The notes below the pieces were generated by a model. The model made no database searches, was not told where the DNA came from, and was given only the letters and a program-made list of their open reading frames with translations. From Octopus bimaculoides (Eukaryota): DNA of 64,000 bases. A program made the position numbers and the translations under genes. Position 1 is the stretch's first letter. Each line of letters opens with the position of its first letter. Where the stretch lies: contig NC_068988.1 of NCBI RefSeq assembly GCF_001194135.2, positions 60,209,420 to 60,273,419 of the forward strand, given 5' to 3'. Shown piece after piece: positions 27,034-39,518 of this stretch.

Positions 27034-27262
27034 GGTTCTTTTTGTTTATGTGTGTGGGGGGAGTGAGCGGGTGTTTGTCCTCCAATCGCTACTTGGCAAC
27101 CAGTGTTGGTGTATTTGCATCACCTTATCTTAGCAGTTTGGTGAAAGATACAGATAGAATAAGTTCCAGTTTGGAAAAGAAATGGAATACTGGAGTCGAT
27201 TCATTTGACTAAAGGTTTTTCAATGCGGTGCCCCTGCATGGCCGCAGTGTAATGACTGAAAG
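26836..27262 (+). mobile_element. SINE family A, older copy
   Basis: Head gaggcaagtgtggctctatggtaggaagcttgcttcccaacc, (TA)n centre and end gcatggccgcagtgtaatgactgaa. It is the reverse complement of the other copies. Confidence 0.75.
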
Positions 27263-27517
27263 ACGCACAAAGTACAGAATAAGCTGGATTGGAACGCCTT
27301 TGTAATTTTGCTCGACTAGAGCTCAGCATAGGATTACATAACAACAACGACAATAACAATAATAGCAACAACAACAGCTACAATGACGGTGAGATATGAG
27401 AGACATGCATTTCCTTTGATAGGCCAGTACAATAAATATATTCATTCTAAATGACTCCACCAATAAATTGACGTTGTATCAAAAGCCTTATTTATATGTT
27501 TCAGTCATTATACTTAC

Positions 27518-27601
27518 ATATTCCTACGCAAGATTCATAAGCCAGCTTTGTTTTCTTCACTGCATCGATGTCATATCTGCTTATTTTGGCTTTAAGAAGT
27601 T
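27518..27601 (-). CDS. M13 peptidase short exon (KAKxxYxSC-type motif), not shown in the ORF track
   Basis: Acceptor ttttctttatattcag|AA and donor GGAATAT|gtaagt. 84 nt, phase 1-1. Encodes (E)LLKAKISRYDIDAVKKTKLAYESCVGI, matching the conserved A-x-x-K-x-K-x-x-Y-x-S-C segment, and bridges the flanking exons in frame. Confidence 0.9.
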
Positions 27602-27711
27602 CTGAATATAAAGAAAATAAAGAATACGAAATCTCCTTTAATCTCTGGACAAAGTGTGAGAGATTTAAGTAAACATATCAAAAGATCGCATGGCATGAAA
27701 TTTAAGAGCGA

Positions 27712-27716
27712 GTAGC

Positions 27717-27799
<83 letters not shown>

Positions 27800-27960
27800 C
27801 AGCAGCAGCAGTAGTGGTAGTAGTACTAGCAGCAGAAGTAGATGCAGCAGCAGCAATAGTAGTAGTAGTAGCAGTAGCAGCAGTAGTAGTAGTAGTAGTA
27901 GTAGTAATTACGACATTGTTAATAATTATAACTAATACTACTAATAATATTATTAAAAAT
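27712..27960. repeat. (AGT/AGC/AAT)n microsatellite 110 bp upstream of the 84-nt exon acceptor
   Basis: Directly visible. Confidence 0.93.
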
Positions 27961-27979
27961 AATAATACTTTCTATTAAA

Positions 27980-28178
27980 TGCCCAAGGCCTGAAATTCTG
28001 AGGAGGGAGCTAGTCGATTATATCGACCCCAGTGTTGAACTAGTATTTATTTTATCGACCCCGAAAGGATGAAAGCAAAATAAACTTCGGCGGAATTCGA
28101 ACTCAAAACTTAGCGCGAGACGAAATACCGCAAAGCATTTTGCCCCGCGTGCTAACGACTCAGCCACCTCGCCACTTT
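27980..28178 (-). mobile_element. SINE family B copy, adjacent to an (AAT)n tract
   Basis: tagtcgattatatcgaccccagtg...ccccgaaaggatgaaag...gaattcgaactc. Confidence 0.8.
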
Positions 28179-28193
28179 AATAATAATAATAAC

Positions 28194-28260
<67 letters not shown>

Positions 28261-31200
28261 TTATATATTGTATTAATTACTCTATATAAACAGTAGAATG
28301 TATGGAATCATCTGGCGTTTTGGAATCACGCCATACAAACACATATACACAACACACACACATACACATACACACGGAAAGACATAGAGAAACGTTAATA
28401 GGCTTACTGTTGGGTGTGGTGATTAAAATTCCGCTTCGCTACCAAAATGTTTTAGTCTGGGATCCACTGTGTGCCATCTTGGGCAATGGCCTTCTGTTAT
28501 AACTTCTGGACAGCCATTTCTTTTTAAATGAAATTTGTCGAACGGAAACCGTACGGGAGCCCATTATATATATACACGAGGGAGAGTTAAAAATGATAAA
28601 TCCTCTTGTTTTTTCAATGTATACCGAAAAGCATGACATAAACAAGTATGTCATTTTTCTATGCAATCTGCTTTCTTTCTGATGCACTTATATCCATTCT
28701 CTGAATGTTAGGCTTAAAATCAAGCAAAAACGGCAATATGATTGACTGCATTCGTAGAACGAAAACAGTAAAAGGATTAGTAAAGGTTAACTAATTGTGC
28801 CAAGCCACGGCAGAGGTGTATCTATGACTTTCACTGTGAAGAAGTGAAGCATTTATAGCCTAGTCTTCCGAATAGGGAAGATAAGCTACTCTGAGGCAAG
28901 TCTACGAGATAAATGGTTGAGTGCTTAAAAAATTCACCAGTGTTTTGCTCGGCTTTTGGCTATTCTATTTAACTGACTTCACCTTTTGGCTGCAAACAGA
29001 AACCTCGTATTCAACATAGCGTTCAGTCTTTTAATTACACAGATGCACGTTCTATTAAGTTCGACATTGCCTTTCATCTCTTCTGGGTTGGTGAAATAAG
29101 TACCAGTTGAGCACTATGGTTGTTCTTATCGTCAAGCACCCCTCCTCAATATTCCCTTAGTTGAAAGAGATAATATACTCAGAGGCATACCAAATCGGAA
29201 CCACTCCTACTATTTCAAAACATAGTGTACATAATGTTACCGCATTCTACGGTTTCTACTTTCTTTTACATAAAGAAACAGATATGAGCTAATACGAAGA
29301 ATATTTAGCTTGTATTTTAGGGCGTTCATTTTTTGAGGAAGTGTGTATGATCGAGTATACCTACAATTGAATTGATTGGCAATTATTTAATCATCGAAAG
29401 AATAAAATGCAAAATCGACCACAGCATATATTGAATCTTAAAATGAGAGTCGGTCTATGTTTCTTTGAAATAAAATAATTACTACACAACTTTTACTGCA
29501 ATTATTTCAACTCTAGTGGCTATAGCTGTAGAAATACAATTTCATTGAGCGTTCATGTCGGAGAGAGCGGGGAGAAGGTAGACTGTAATATTTTCCATTG
29601 AGCAGAATAGATTTAAATACTTCTAGCAAATACAAAAGACGAAACATGCCCAATAGGCATGCAGCCTGAAAAGAATGGTGAGGAACAAAAGAAGCTGACA
29701 AAATACGATATTCATATAGCGGAAAGGCGTGTGTGACGGTTCATGTCTATATGAAGTATCTCGGTCGTTTACATAGAATGTTTCTATAATTTAGAAATAT
29801 GTCAACTGGGTGCATAAGTCAAGTTACGTAACAACGCATATTATTCGGAATAATGTCAAGGAAAATAACTGCAGTTGATTCTGATTATTAGCATTTTGGT
29901 TTTTATAATTGGACAATAGTCTCATTGATGGAGTAAACTTTCTAAATACCGATTACTTTAGAATTAATTCTGAAGATTCGCCGACGAAACACAGCCAGAT
30001 GCCTAGTGAAACGAGGTAAAGTTCTCAAAACATCTGTAAAGCGAGGGCTCAGATGTGGACTGTATGACTCTAGTTGACCCGGCTTTAAGAAAGCCGTTAT
30101 GATTAACATTCAGAAAAGATTGGGATGCAAGCTGTTGGAGAATGTTGCTACTAATGACTTTCACCAGCATTTTCAGATGTCAGCAGAACAATAGTAGTTC
30201 TCAGTGCAGCCGCTTTTTCCTACTCATATAATCAGACAATAAAAGACATTTACAATGTTTAGAATTACACTCCGAAAGCTGAGAAAAACAATTACGTAAA
30301 GTTATAAACACTTCTAAACTATAATTCTGGCGTACAGCAAAAAGCTATGAAATCTGCTTACGGTTGCTAGATACCTCGAAAGCAAAAGGCAATAGCATAA
30401 GATTAAGTCCTTCCATCTAAAAGGAAGGAAGGACACAATGAAAATGAGGTCCCGAATACAAGGTCAACAAACAAGATGAATTGTCGGTGGCTAAACTCAT
30501 TGTTGGACTGTGTGACAAGTTTGCGTTGGGACTAAACAATAACATTGTTTTACATTGAAAGTGCCTTTGTGTTGCTCCTCCTGCAAGAAGCAGTAGCGAT
30601 ATCTCCTTGAAACCACTCTTTATCACTTTAACTAAGGGAAAAGGAATTTAAATATTTAATTATATATGTGTGTGCGCCTGAGCGTGTGTTCCTGCGTGTA
30701 AGTCTCTGCATGTGTGAGTGAGAGAGAGAGTGGAAAGAGAGAGAGATGTACAGACAGAATGAAAGAAAGAGCAAGAGAGAAATAGAAAGTTTGTGTTCTG
30801 AGGTGTGTGTCACAATTTTTTTCATCTATGTAGCCAAAAGTAGTATGTCCATATCTTGTTCAGGGCTTTCTGATAAATTTTCTAAAACGAATAATTGTAT
30901 AGAGTAAAATTGTTCTTTGAATCAATATTCTAAGATCATTTATACCTAATTAGAATATGTTGAAGGCAATTTATTAGTTGTATTGTTGATTCATGAGATT
31001 ATAATTATTTTAGGCTATTAATGAACCCGAAAGTTATATCAACCAGCATAGTTGCAAGTTACAAGAAAGTCTAACGACTAGTATAAGAAAATATACTTCT
31101 ACCTGAGGAAAATATGCGTTAACTCATGATTTGAGTGTTTGGCTAAATTTTGTTAGGCCGTGGATTAGATACTCAGATCATCAGTAGGTTGAATCGTTGA

Positions 31201-31695
31201 ATAAGGCATTTCATGTCAATTTTGGTTTTGTCCATTCAGTTGTAAACGAGTACCAATGTGAGTCAGTGTGTTACCTCTGTGACAGACTGACGTCGTGTTT
31301 AGGAAGACGATTTGAAGTCAAAGTAAGCTTCGGTCAATAGAGTTAATATACTCGATGAACTCTTAGAGTAAATTTTATATATGACTAAATAAACAAGAAA
31401 GCCACATAGGAGATGAGTTCAATCATATTCCTAATCATCAGGCTCTGTCTGAATTTAAACAATAGCCCCTTATCTCCAGCGTCATAATTCAGGGCATATA
31501 TACACACACACGCATTCACGCATATACACAGACACTTGATCTCTTACATACGCGTATTCTCGTACAGACAGACACAGACACGTTCTCTCATTACACATGC
31601 GCATTCTCGTGCAATCACTCACGCGTTCTTTCACGCCCTCACTTTCACACACTCATACACACGCACGAACATACGTTGTCATGCTGCCTCTCTCT

Positions 31696-31778
<83 letters not shown>

Positions 31779-32796
31779 GCGTGCACCCACATACATTCAC
31801 GCTTTTATGCACACGCGAAGAGTTCACACTGGCACACACACAATATATTCACAAGTCTGACAGACTCACTCGCATATTCAAACACAAATATCAATTAACG
31901 CACATCTTACATTTCTTACATTCTTAGTTAACTAATAAGAGCGACTTTTTTCTGACAGGAAGCAACACAAGAGTTTTAATTAATTGTCATTTCTACGGTG
32001 AACAGCGAGAAACAAAACGACGATTTGCATACTTATTTTTATTACGTTCTGGCAGGTGCAGATGCGAATATCTTAATTGTCGTTGTCTCGTTGTAGAACA
32101 ACTAATTTACGAAGGCTTTCGTAACACGCTCGATTCTTTAGCACAAATGATTCTAGGATAGCGGGTTATTTGACATAACTGTTAGTCGTCAGCTGTCTCA
32201 GAATTATGCAGACTGCCGAGGATGTTAGCCCTGAGGTGCTTCTGGCTGACAGTGTACAACGATGACGAAAGACCGGTTGTCCTGGAATTGTTTGTAATTA
32301 GCGAATTCAGTATTTCAGGAACACGTATCCATCGTAAATGAGTTGTTCTGTGATGAAACACAACAGACATTGATATATTCCCATTTGAATCTGCCAGAAC
32401 ATATTAAGAAAAATATGTAAATCATCGAAAGTAATTAATATTATCCTATAAATTATGTTATATATATTAATAGAAGACAATTATTAACTCCAACGTCATC
32501 TATTAGAAAAAATATATTTCTCGAGATTATACTGGATAAGAAGCTTTACCAGTGTAGATATTGGCCTACTCTGCCATGTCCTGATTTATACTCTATAGTA
32601 TAAATCCAGAAATTAGGTGGTCCACAGTTTTGATCTCCTGGTTGCAGTATTGACACTTTGGCTCTACTCCATTTTATGGTAGTTAGGGGTCAATAAGCTC
32701 TGATCTTGAGCTAAGATAAAACCTTTACTCTCTGCCTTTAGCCTTGTGCTTCGTAGCCACCGATGCGTGTGCTTCTGGTCTACGTCAGCTTCTTTA

Positions 32797-33026
32797 TTTC
32801 ATTATTACCCACAAGGGGCTAAACATAGAGGGGACAAACAAGGAGAGACAAAGGGATTAAGTCGATTTCATCGACCCCAGTGCGTGACTGGTACTTAATT
32901 TATCGACCCGAAAGGATGAAAGGCAAAGTCGACCTCGGCGGAATTTGAACTCAGAACGTAACGACAGACGAAATACCACTAAGCATTTCGCCCGGCATGC
33001 TAACCTTTCTGCCAGCTCGCCGCCTT
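32797..33026 (-). mobile_element. SINE family B, full length, with 16-bp target-site duplication
   Basis: tacgtcagcttcttta occurs at 32781-32796 and 33027-33042. The body gtcgatttcatcgaccccagt...gaatttgaactcagaacgta...gccagctcgccgcctt is shared with several other copies. Confidence 0.9.
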
Positions 33027-35909
33027 TACGTCAGCTTCTTTACTACAGGCCATATATTTGGCATGCTGAGGTTTTGTCCCCACCTATCATCCAGTCCTTC
33101 AAATGCTTTTTCTCTTGCCAACTAAATTCTGTAGAAGCTCATGACAGCGATGATAATGGTTACACTGTTGCCATGGCTACAAAGGATGGCCGCAAGGAGA
33201 GCGGCTACGGCAGTATCGGTAGTAACTGACGATGGCCACAGCTGCTGTAATAACTTGGTAGAAGCAACTGTAGCAATAATAATGGAGATGTTAACAATAG
33301 TTGCAGAGATAATAACCATTTTTTCGTCAGCAACCACACAGAGCTCAATTTAGTGTAGCACAAAAATATCTTATTAAACAAAAAGGAAAATTAAAAGAGT
33401 TCACCAAATTGCGTGTCATACGGTTAACCTAGAAGCACCTCACACACAACAGAGCCAGCCTGGGGTTGAAAAGACATCCCCTGACGCAACCTCTTCACTG
33501 AATATCAAAGTGTATGATCACTTGAATTGATTTGATTTTTGTATGTGTTCTATCTTTACATTTGCACCAATCTTTTTTCAGCCATGTTGGGAGTCGAGTA
33601 CTGATACTTCCAAGCGCGCCAATTACTACTGGTATCAAGTCCACTCTCTTCATTGCGTGTTTCTGATTTCAAATTCTTATTGTCGTTCAATTTTCAATTT
33701 CTTCTTTCTCTTTGATCTTGTCAATGGGACAGGCTATGTTTCTTTTTTTTTATATATATATTTTGTTTTTGTTTTTGAATTTTATACATAGGATGTGATA
33801 AGCATAGTGGTTCGTCTCGGACTGGGTTTTGACACAAAATGAAAGACACGAGTAGGAGAATGACACGAGATACCTTGAGTATACGTGGCATAGGCCAGCA
33901 AGTCGCTAGAAGCAAAGGCGGCATTAGACTCGGTATGATAAACTTTCAGATAAACACTATCTGGAAGAACATTATGAAATGTGTCATTTTGTTAGTTTTT
34001 GTCTTTTCTAAAATCACCAAATGATATTTGGTATGTCATGCTGCTATTTCTATAAGATCGTCGAACCGATTTCCAAGAATCTGTATCTTCCGTTACTTTG
34101 AAGATTTTTCTACTCTTGCATTCTTTCTTTCCTTTTCTTTTCATTCCTTCAAGAAATGAAGCCAATACACTTACACACGAAAGCAAATATAATTTGTAAT
34201 AGAACTGAAGTGTTGCTATCTTTATATCTACCTTTGTTCAGTTATCAGCATATCAGTTATCCTGAATGTACTCTACGAAAGTGCTAAGCATTGCCTCAAC
34301 AGTAAGTGACGTTTCATACAAATATCATCAATATAATCGTGTTATCGTCAGTGAGAATAATTATCTAGCATGGGCTGTTCAATAGGAATAAGACAAAAGA
34401 AGTGAATATTAAGTTATTTTGAATGAATTGTAAGATGACGTATTTTCGTAGATTTCCTTTGCACCTGCAGTATGAATAATAAGTGCAGTCAATTCAACGG
34501 ATTTCTTCAGTATTCACACACTTACGAGCACACATATATTATAATATAATCTATTATACCGTACTCTATTTTTACTTTTTAATATATTATATTATACCAT
34601 ATCATATTACATTATATTATATTCTTGTACTTGTTTAAGTCACAGGACGGCAGCGGCGCTGAGGCGCCACCTTCATGTGTCCGTCAGGTAAATCGACCCC
34701 ATTACATATATGATATGCTTCCCAATGTTACGGTTTCTTTGTACTGAACTGCTAAGTTAACTCCATTTTACAACACTTAATTACACACATATACACACGC
34801 TTTAAATAATACCTGTATACATGTAAAGCACTTCACAGCGATATGACCATATGAAACCTGCAAATATAGGAGTATATGGTTTTACAAACCAAATTTTAAC
34901 CTTGATTTTAGAAAGTATACAGAGTCATTAAACCATAGACTTTTCCCCCTTCGTTGCATCGGCTTCGCTTTGTTCAGCTTTTTGTTACAGTCATATCAGA
35001 GATCTTTGAAATTTTTCCTGTTCAAATACGTAAGTGTTGCTTATAGTTATTAATAATATACGCTCCATGCAGCATAACTAAATTGCTCTAGTAATGCTAA
35101 ACAGCATCGCATGCGCTTGCAACGGGAATGAATCCCATGCAGTACAGGAAATATAAATGAAACTGATGAAGGTTATTTGGCAGGAGAAATACAACTTAAA
35201 AGATTTAATTATAGTACTTCAAAATCTGAAATTAATTTGTAAAATTTTGTCGTGAAGCTCCAGGAGTTGAACATAAATTATTACATTGAGACTGTCTGTG
35301 ACTGAATAGAACTACATATAAAGGCAAGGCAAACATATCTTCACATTGCATAATGCAAGTAACAACATCTGGAATAAGCTTGAAGGTATTATCACATTCT
35401 TTTGGCAACAACAGTTATTAAATATATACAAAAAAATAATGAAAAGTAATGCAGAAATTTTTAAAGTAACGTGATTGTTGTCTCCTTGTGAGTTGACAGC
35501 TGGGAGAACTACTTCTTCCAGCACATCATTAACGGACTCATTTCAGAGAAAGCGGATTTCAATAAAACTCAACATGATATTTGATTTTCTGTTTTGTCGG
35601 GCAAGTATTTTTATATGAAACTTTGTTAGAAGAGTTCAACAAACTCCTTCTTTGAGGCAAAGATTTTATTTCACCAACAGCTGTGTCAATTTAATTCTTT
35701 GTGATTTACAGTCAAAATACATTTGTTTTTCTATTTTTATGTAAGTTGATTATTCGTAACTTGTGTTCATCGAACAATTCCTGAATTTGAAGCATCAAAA
35801 AGTATATAGAAAAGGAATATATCAATAAATTATCCAAAGCTCTATATAAATACAACATTTTACAGTTTTAATTTAGGTAGTAAAACAAAATGAAAACCTC
35901 TCAACTTAC

Positions 35910-36068
35910 CAATAATTCGTTGTTTTTCAATTTTTATGTCCTCCCTGAAAATGTCTTTTGCACTATATGGCTTTACCGGATGTGTATCAATCCAGTCTCC
36001 ACATGCATATTGATAAAAGTTGGTACAAGGTTCAACTGACATATTCATTGCTTGCAGAATACGTGCCG
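35910..36068 (-). CDS. M13 peptidase exon with the PCxxFYxYACGxW signature
   Basis: Acceptor ttcaaaatag|CG and donor ATTATTG|gtaag. 159 nt, phase 1-1. Encodes (A)ARILQAMNMSVEPCTNFYQYACGDWIDTHPVKPYSAKDIFREDIKIEKQRII, the hallmark N-terminal motif of the neprilysin/ECE family. Confidence 0.95.
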
Positions 36069-37023
36069 CTATTTTGAAACGAAGAAAGGAATTATAATTA
36101 TTTCAGTCTTCATGCAATTTATTTCTACTTTTGAACTGGATTAAAATTATGTTTTATTACTTTAATCGATTGGATTTATATTAATTTTAGAACAATAATG
36201 GCTGACTTTTAGTAATGCTACATTAGTTTAATCAATGATTTAAACATTTTCTTATGCTAGTTTCATTACACCTTCTCTTCTTATTTGTGGGAACGTCAAG
36301 ATATAAACAAAAAAGAACGATATAGAAATGTTTTTAAGTATTCTGTATAAATTGAAATGGTTCATTCTGTCTTTCACAGCTGTGAATATATGTGTTTCTT
36401 TATCGTGATATATAATTACACTCGCTTTAATTCTTATTACAGCCTTTAGAAGCAACATTATAATAATAATTAAATTTCACTACCAAAGAAATTTTTTGTA
36501 CTTCATTATTTCCACAATAGCAGATTTTTTTTAAAGAATCATTAAAACTTTCTGACGGCAACTATGGTTTCAATTTATTGACTACAACTCATTTCATTTA
36601 CTTTTCTTCAATACAATCTTAAGGAAAATAAATCAGAGTTAGTTTGAATAATGCTGAGAAATGTTATTCTACTAATTACCAGCTTGAATTCTAAATATTG
36701 CCAATTTTTTTATTACATCATCAATAATACAGACTTAAGAAAATATTATTTAATGATTATTTTCTGTTTTTACGAAATTCATCTAGATATTAATCTGACC
36801 AGTCACAGAATTATTTTTGAGTAAACGATGGAAACATTTTACTTTCAAATATATTTTAGTCCATCATAGCGAAGTTAAGATATCTGAAATGAAATGGGGT
36901 GCAAATGATTTTATAAAACAGGACACATTAGACCAAGAAATCTTGAAAAGATATTATGGCAACAGATAGTACAGTTTGATCATAGATTTCGTCAACCAAA
37001 ATTAACGATGAAGACTAATAATA

Positions 37024-38264
37024 TCAGGTCATCCCATAAGTTATGTCCGATTTTACCATCTTTAAAATTGATTGAAATTTTATAGTATTTTAGAATGTCT
37101 AATGGAATTAAAATTTATTTTTATGCATTTGCGTACATTTAAACTAATTAAATACTATTTTAAAGAATAATAGAATTAAAATTTCTTTCTAATATGGAAG
37201 TATCCAAAGAGCATTTAAGGCACATAATGCTTTATGAGTACAAAAAGGAAACTGCAGCCGAAGCGACTCGAAACATACACTCAGTTTATGAGAAAGAATG
37301 CTTCAATGAAAGAACTTGCAGAAGATGGCTTGCAAAATTCAGAAGTGGAGATTTCAGCTTTGAAGATGAAGATCGAATAGGACTCCAGTTGAGTTTCATG
37401 ATAAGCTTCTTGAGGCATTACTTGAAAAAATCCTTCATTATCGATAGATAATAAAGCTTAGTTCAAACCATACAACACTTCATCTTCATCTTCAACAACT
37501 TGGAAAGATTCCTAAACTTGGAAAATGGGTGCCTCATGAATTGTCCGAAAGCAACCGCAAATCCCGAGTTGACATCTGCTCTTCTCTCCATTCTCGCGAA
37601 CTCATTTCACCCTTTTTGGATAGACTTGTGACGAAAAATGGATCTTCTATCGAAATGTTAAACGTCGTAAACAGTGGCTTGGTAAAAGGGAAAAAGCTCA
37701 ACCACAACTGAGAAGGGAACTTCATATGAAAAAGGTTCTTCTCTCTATCTGGTGGGATTGCAAAGGAGTAATTCACTTTGAATTGTTACCACCTAATGCA
37801 ACAATCAATTGTCAGTAATTAGAGTGTTTGAACCAAACTTGAAGAAAAAAAAGACCTGCTTTAGTGAATCGAAACAGAGTGATGTTTCATCAGGACAATG
37901 TGCGACCCCACACCGCAAAGATCACATCACAGAAGATCGAATAGCTTGGTTGTTAAAAGATTCCCCATCTACTTTATTCTCCTGACCTTGCTACATCAGA
38001 CTACCATTTGTTTCGTAGTTTACAGAATCATTTGGGGGACATAACTTTCGCAAGTCAGGAAGAGGTCAAAACTGACATTTCAGAGTTCTTAGCTTTGAAA
38101 CCAAGAGTTTTACATTGATGGGATTAAAAAACTTGTAAACAGATGGAAGGAAGTCATAGATAATCAGGGAAGGTACATTGAGGATTAAATTTCAATTAGA
38201 TATAACATTTGATCATTTGTTTTCTTTATTCAAAAATTCGGACAAAACTTATGGGATGGCCTGA
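37024..38264 (+). mobile_element. Near full-length mariner (DD34D-type) transposon with a pseudogenised transposase
   Basis: TIRs tcaggtcatcccataagttatgtccga / tcggacaaaacttatgggatggcctga (25/27 match), TA at 37022-23 and 38265-66, 1241 bp. Transposase fragments: MEVSKEHLRHIMLYEY...WLAKFRSGDF, WVPHELSE, HQDNVRPH and YSPDLATSDYHLF, with frameshifts and stops. Confidence 0.93.
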
Positions 38265-38622
38265 TAGATGTTTAATTTTATAAATTATCAATTTTCTCTC
38301 TGACGTGGATCATGATTTCAAACTCGGTACTCTATCTCCACAGTTTCGGTATATTACTCACAAAACGAATATTTTATTCGCAAAATAAACATTTAGTGAG
38401 TAATATACTAAAACTTTATCGATTGTGTAAGAAGGTTATTTAGACCCCTATTATTGCATTGCAGCTTTGTACATATTTCCGTTACTTTTAAAACTTTTTG
38501 AGAAGTGTCAACTATTTTGCACAATCATACGTTGATAATTTAACTAAAGCCTTATCAATCATAAAAAAAAAACTGAGAAATACGTATTTCAAAGCGTTCT
38601 TTGCAATATGAATAAGGTATAG

Positions 38623-39518
38623 CACGAAGTGATGCCTAAAGGAAACCAGAATTTTGCAATGCTATTTTATTCACTTACTTTTATATATTTACACTTTTAT
38701 CGCCTTGTAAGTATTTTCCATTTGAAGCAATGCATCGATCCAGACGCGTTTTTCACTGTTGGAAGCAGTGCTAGAATTCTTGCGAAGTGATACCTATTAA
38801 CGCCTCCGTTGTTTTTTTTTTCTTCACCTGTTCCACGTCTGCAAATCCCGTAGCACCAGCTTTCGTTACCAGTGATGACCTTCTAAAGAAAGTCCGGATC
38901 AAATTCCAACTCTCCTTTCAGTTCACAGCACGCATTCAGTCGTGACTGCTTTTGATCTTCCGTGAGCAAGCGAGGCATACATTTTGCTGCAACTTTTTTC
39001 ATTCGCAATTCCTCGCTCAAAATTCTTGGTTTGGTATTCCAGGACACACCAGTCATACCAACAAGTTCGACAGTTGTTCGGTAACGGTCCTCCAAGATCA
39101 GTGCATGAATTTTCATGATGCTTCCATTCATTCCGGAGGTTGACGTATTTGGTCTTCAAATGACAAGTCACTATTCCTAATCCATGAAAGCCACTCGTAA
39201 TCTTGTGTTTTGCTCATGTCAGTGCTCTTGTAAGCTGGTTGAAGTATAAAAATATTTCAGCCGCCGTTTTCCCCAGCAGAAGACTGAGTTTCAAGGAAGT
39301 ACGCTCTTCCTTCGTTTCAGCAATCGCAAAAATAGACGAACAATGGAGAGGCATTGTAAAGCGAAGATGCCCCACGTGGTTGTATGACTTAACTGGGCCT
39401 CACCGGTCGGTAGACTGATGCCTGAGGGTTGCATCAAGTTGCTTCCACGGCGGAATCTTGAGCTGTAACGTGCTTGTTCTACAGAGGACGTTTCTGGTTA
39501 CATTTGGGTACCCCCTCG
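38623..39518 (-). mobile_element. Second, older internally deleted mariner of a different subfamily
   Basis: LSEELRMKKVAAKCMPRLLTEDQKQSRLNACCELKGELEFDPDFL (WVPRxLT...C...DPxFL motif) and C-terminal RLDRCIASNGKYLQGD. Degenerate TIRs cacgaagtgatgcctaaaggaaacc / ggttacatttgggtaccccctcgta. Confidence 0.75.

Noticed and set aside
29965-30000. ctgaaga-ttcgccgac-gaaa-cacagcc hammerhead-like string on the plus strand
   Set aside because: There is no U16.1 (gcc rather than gtc), stem II is mismatched and there is no convincing stem I. It is compatible with chance or a dead relic.
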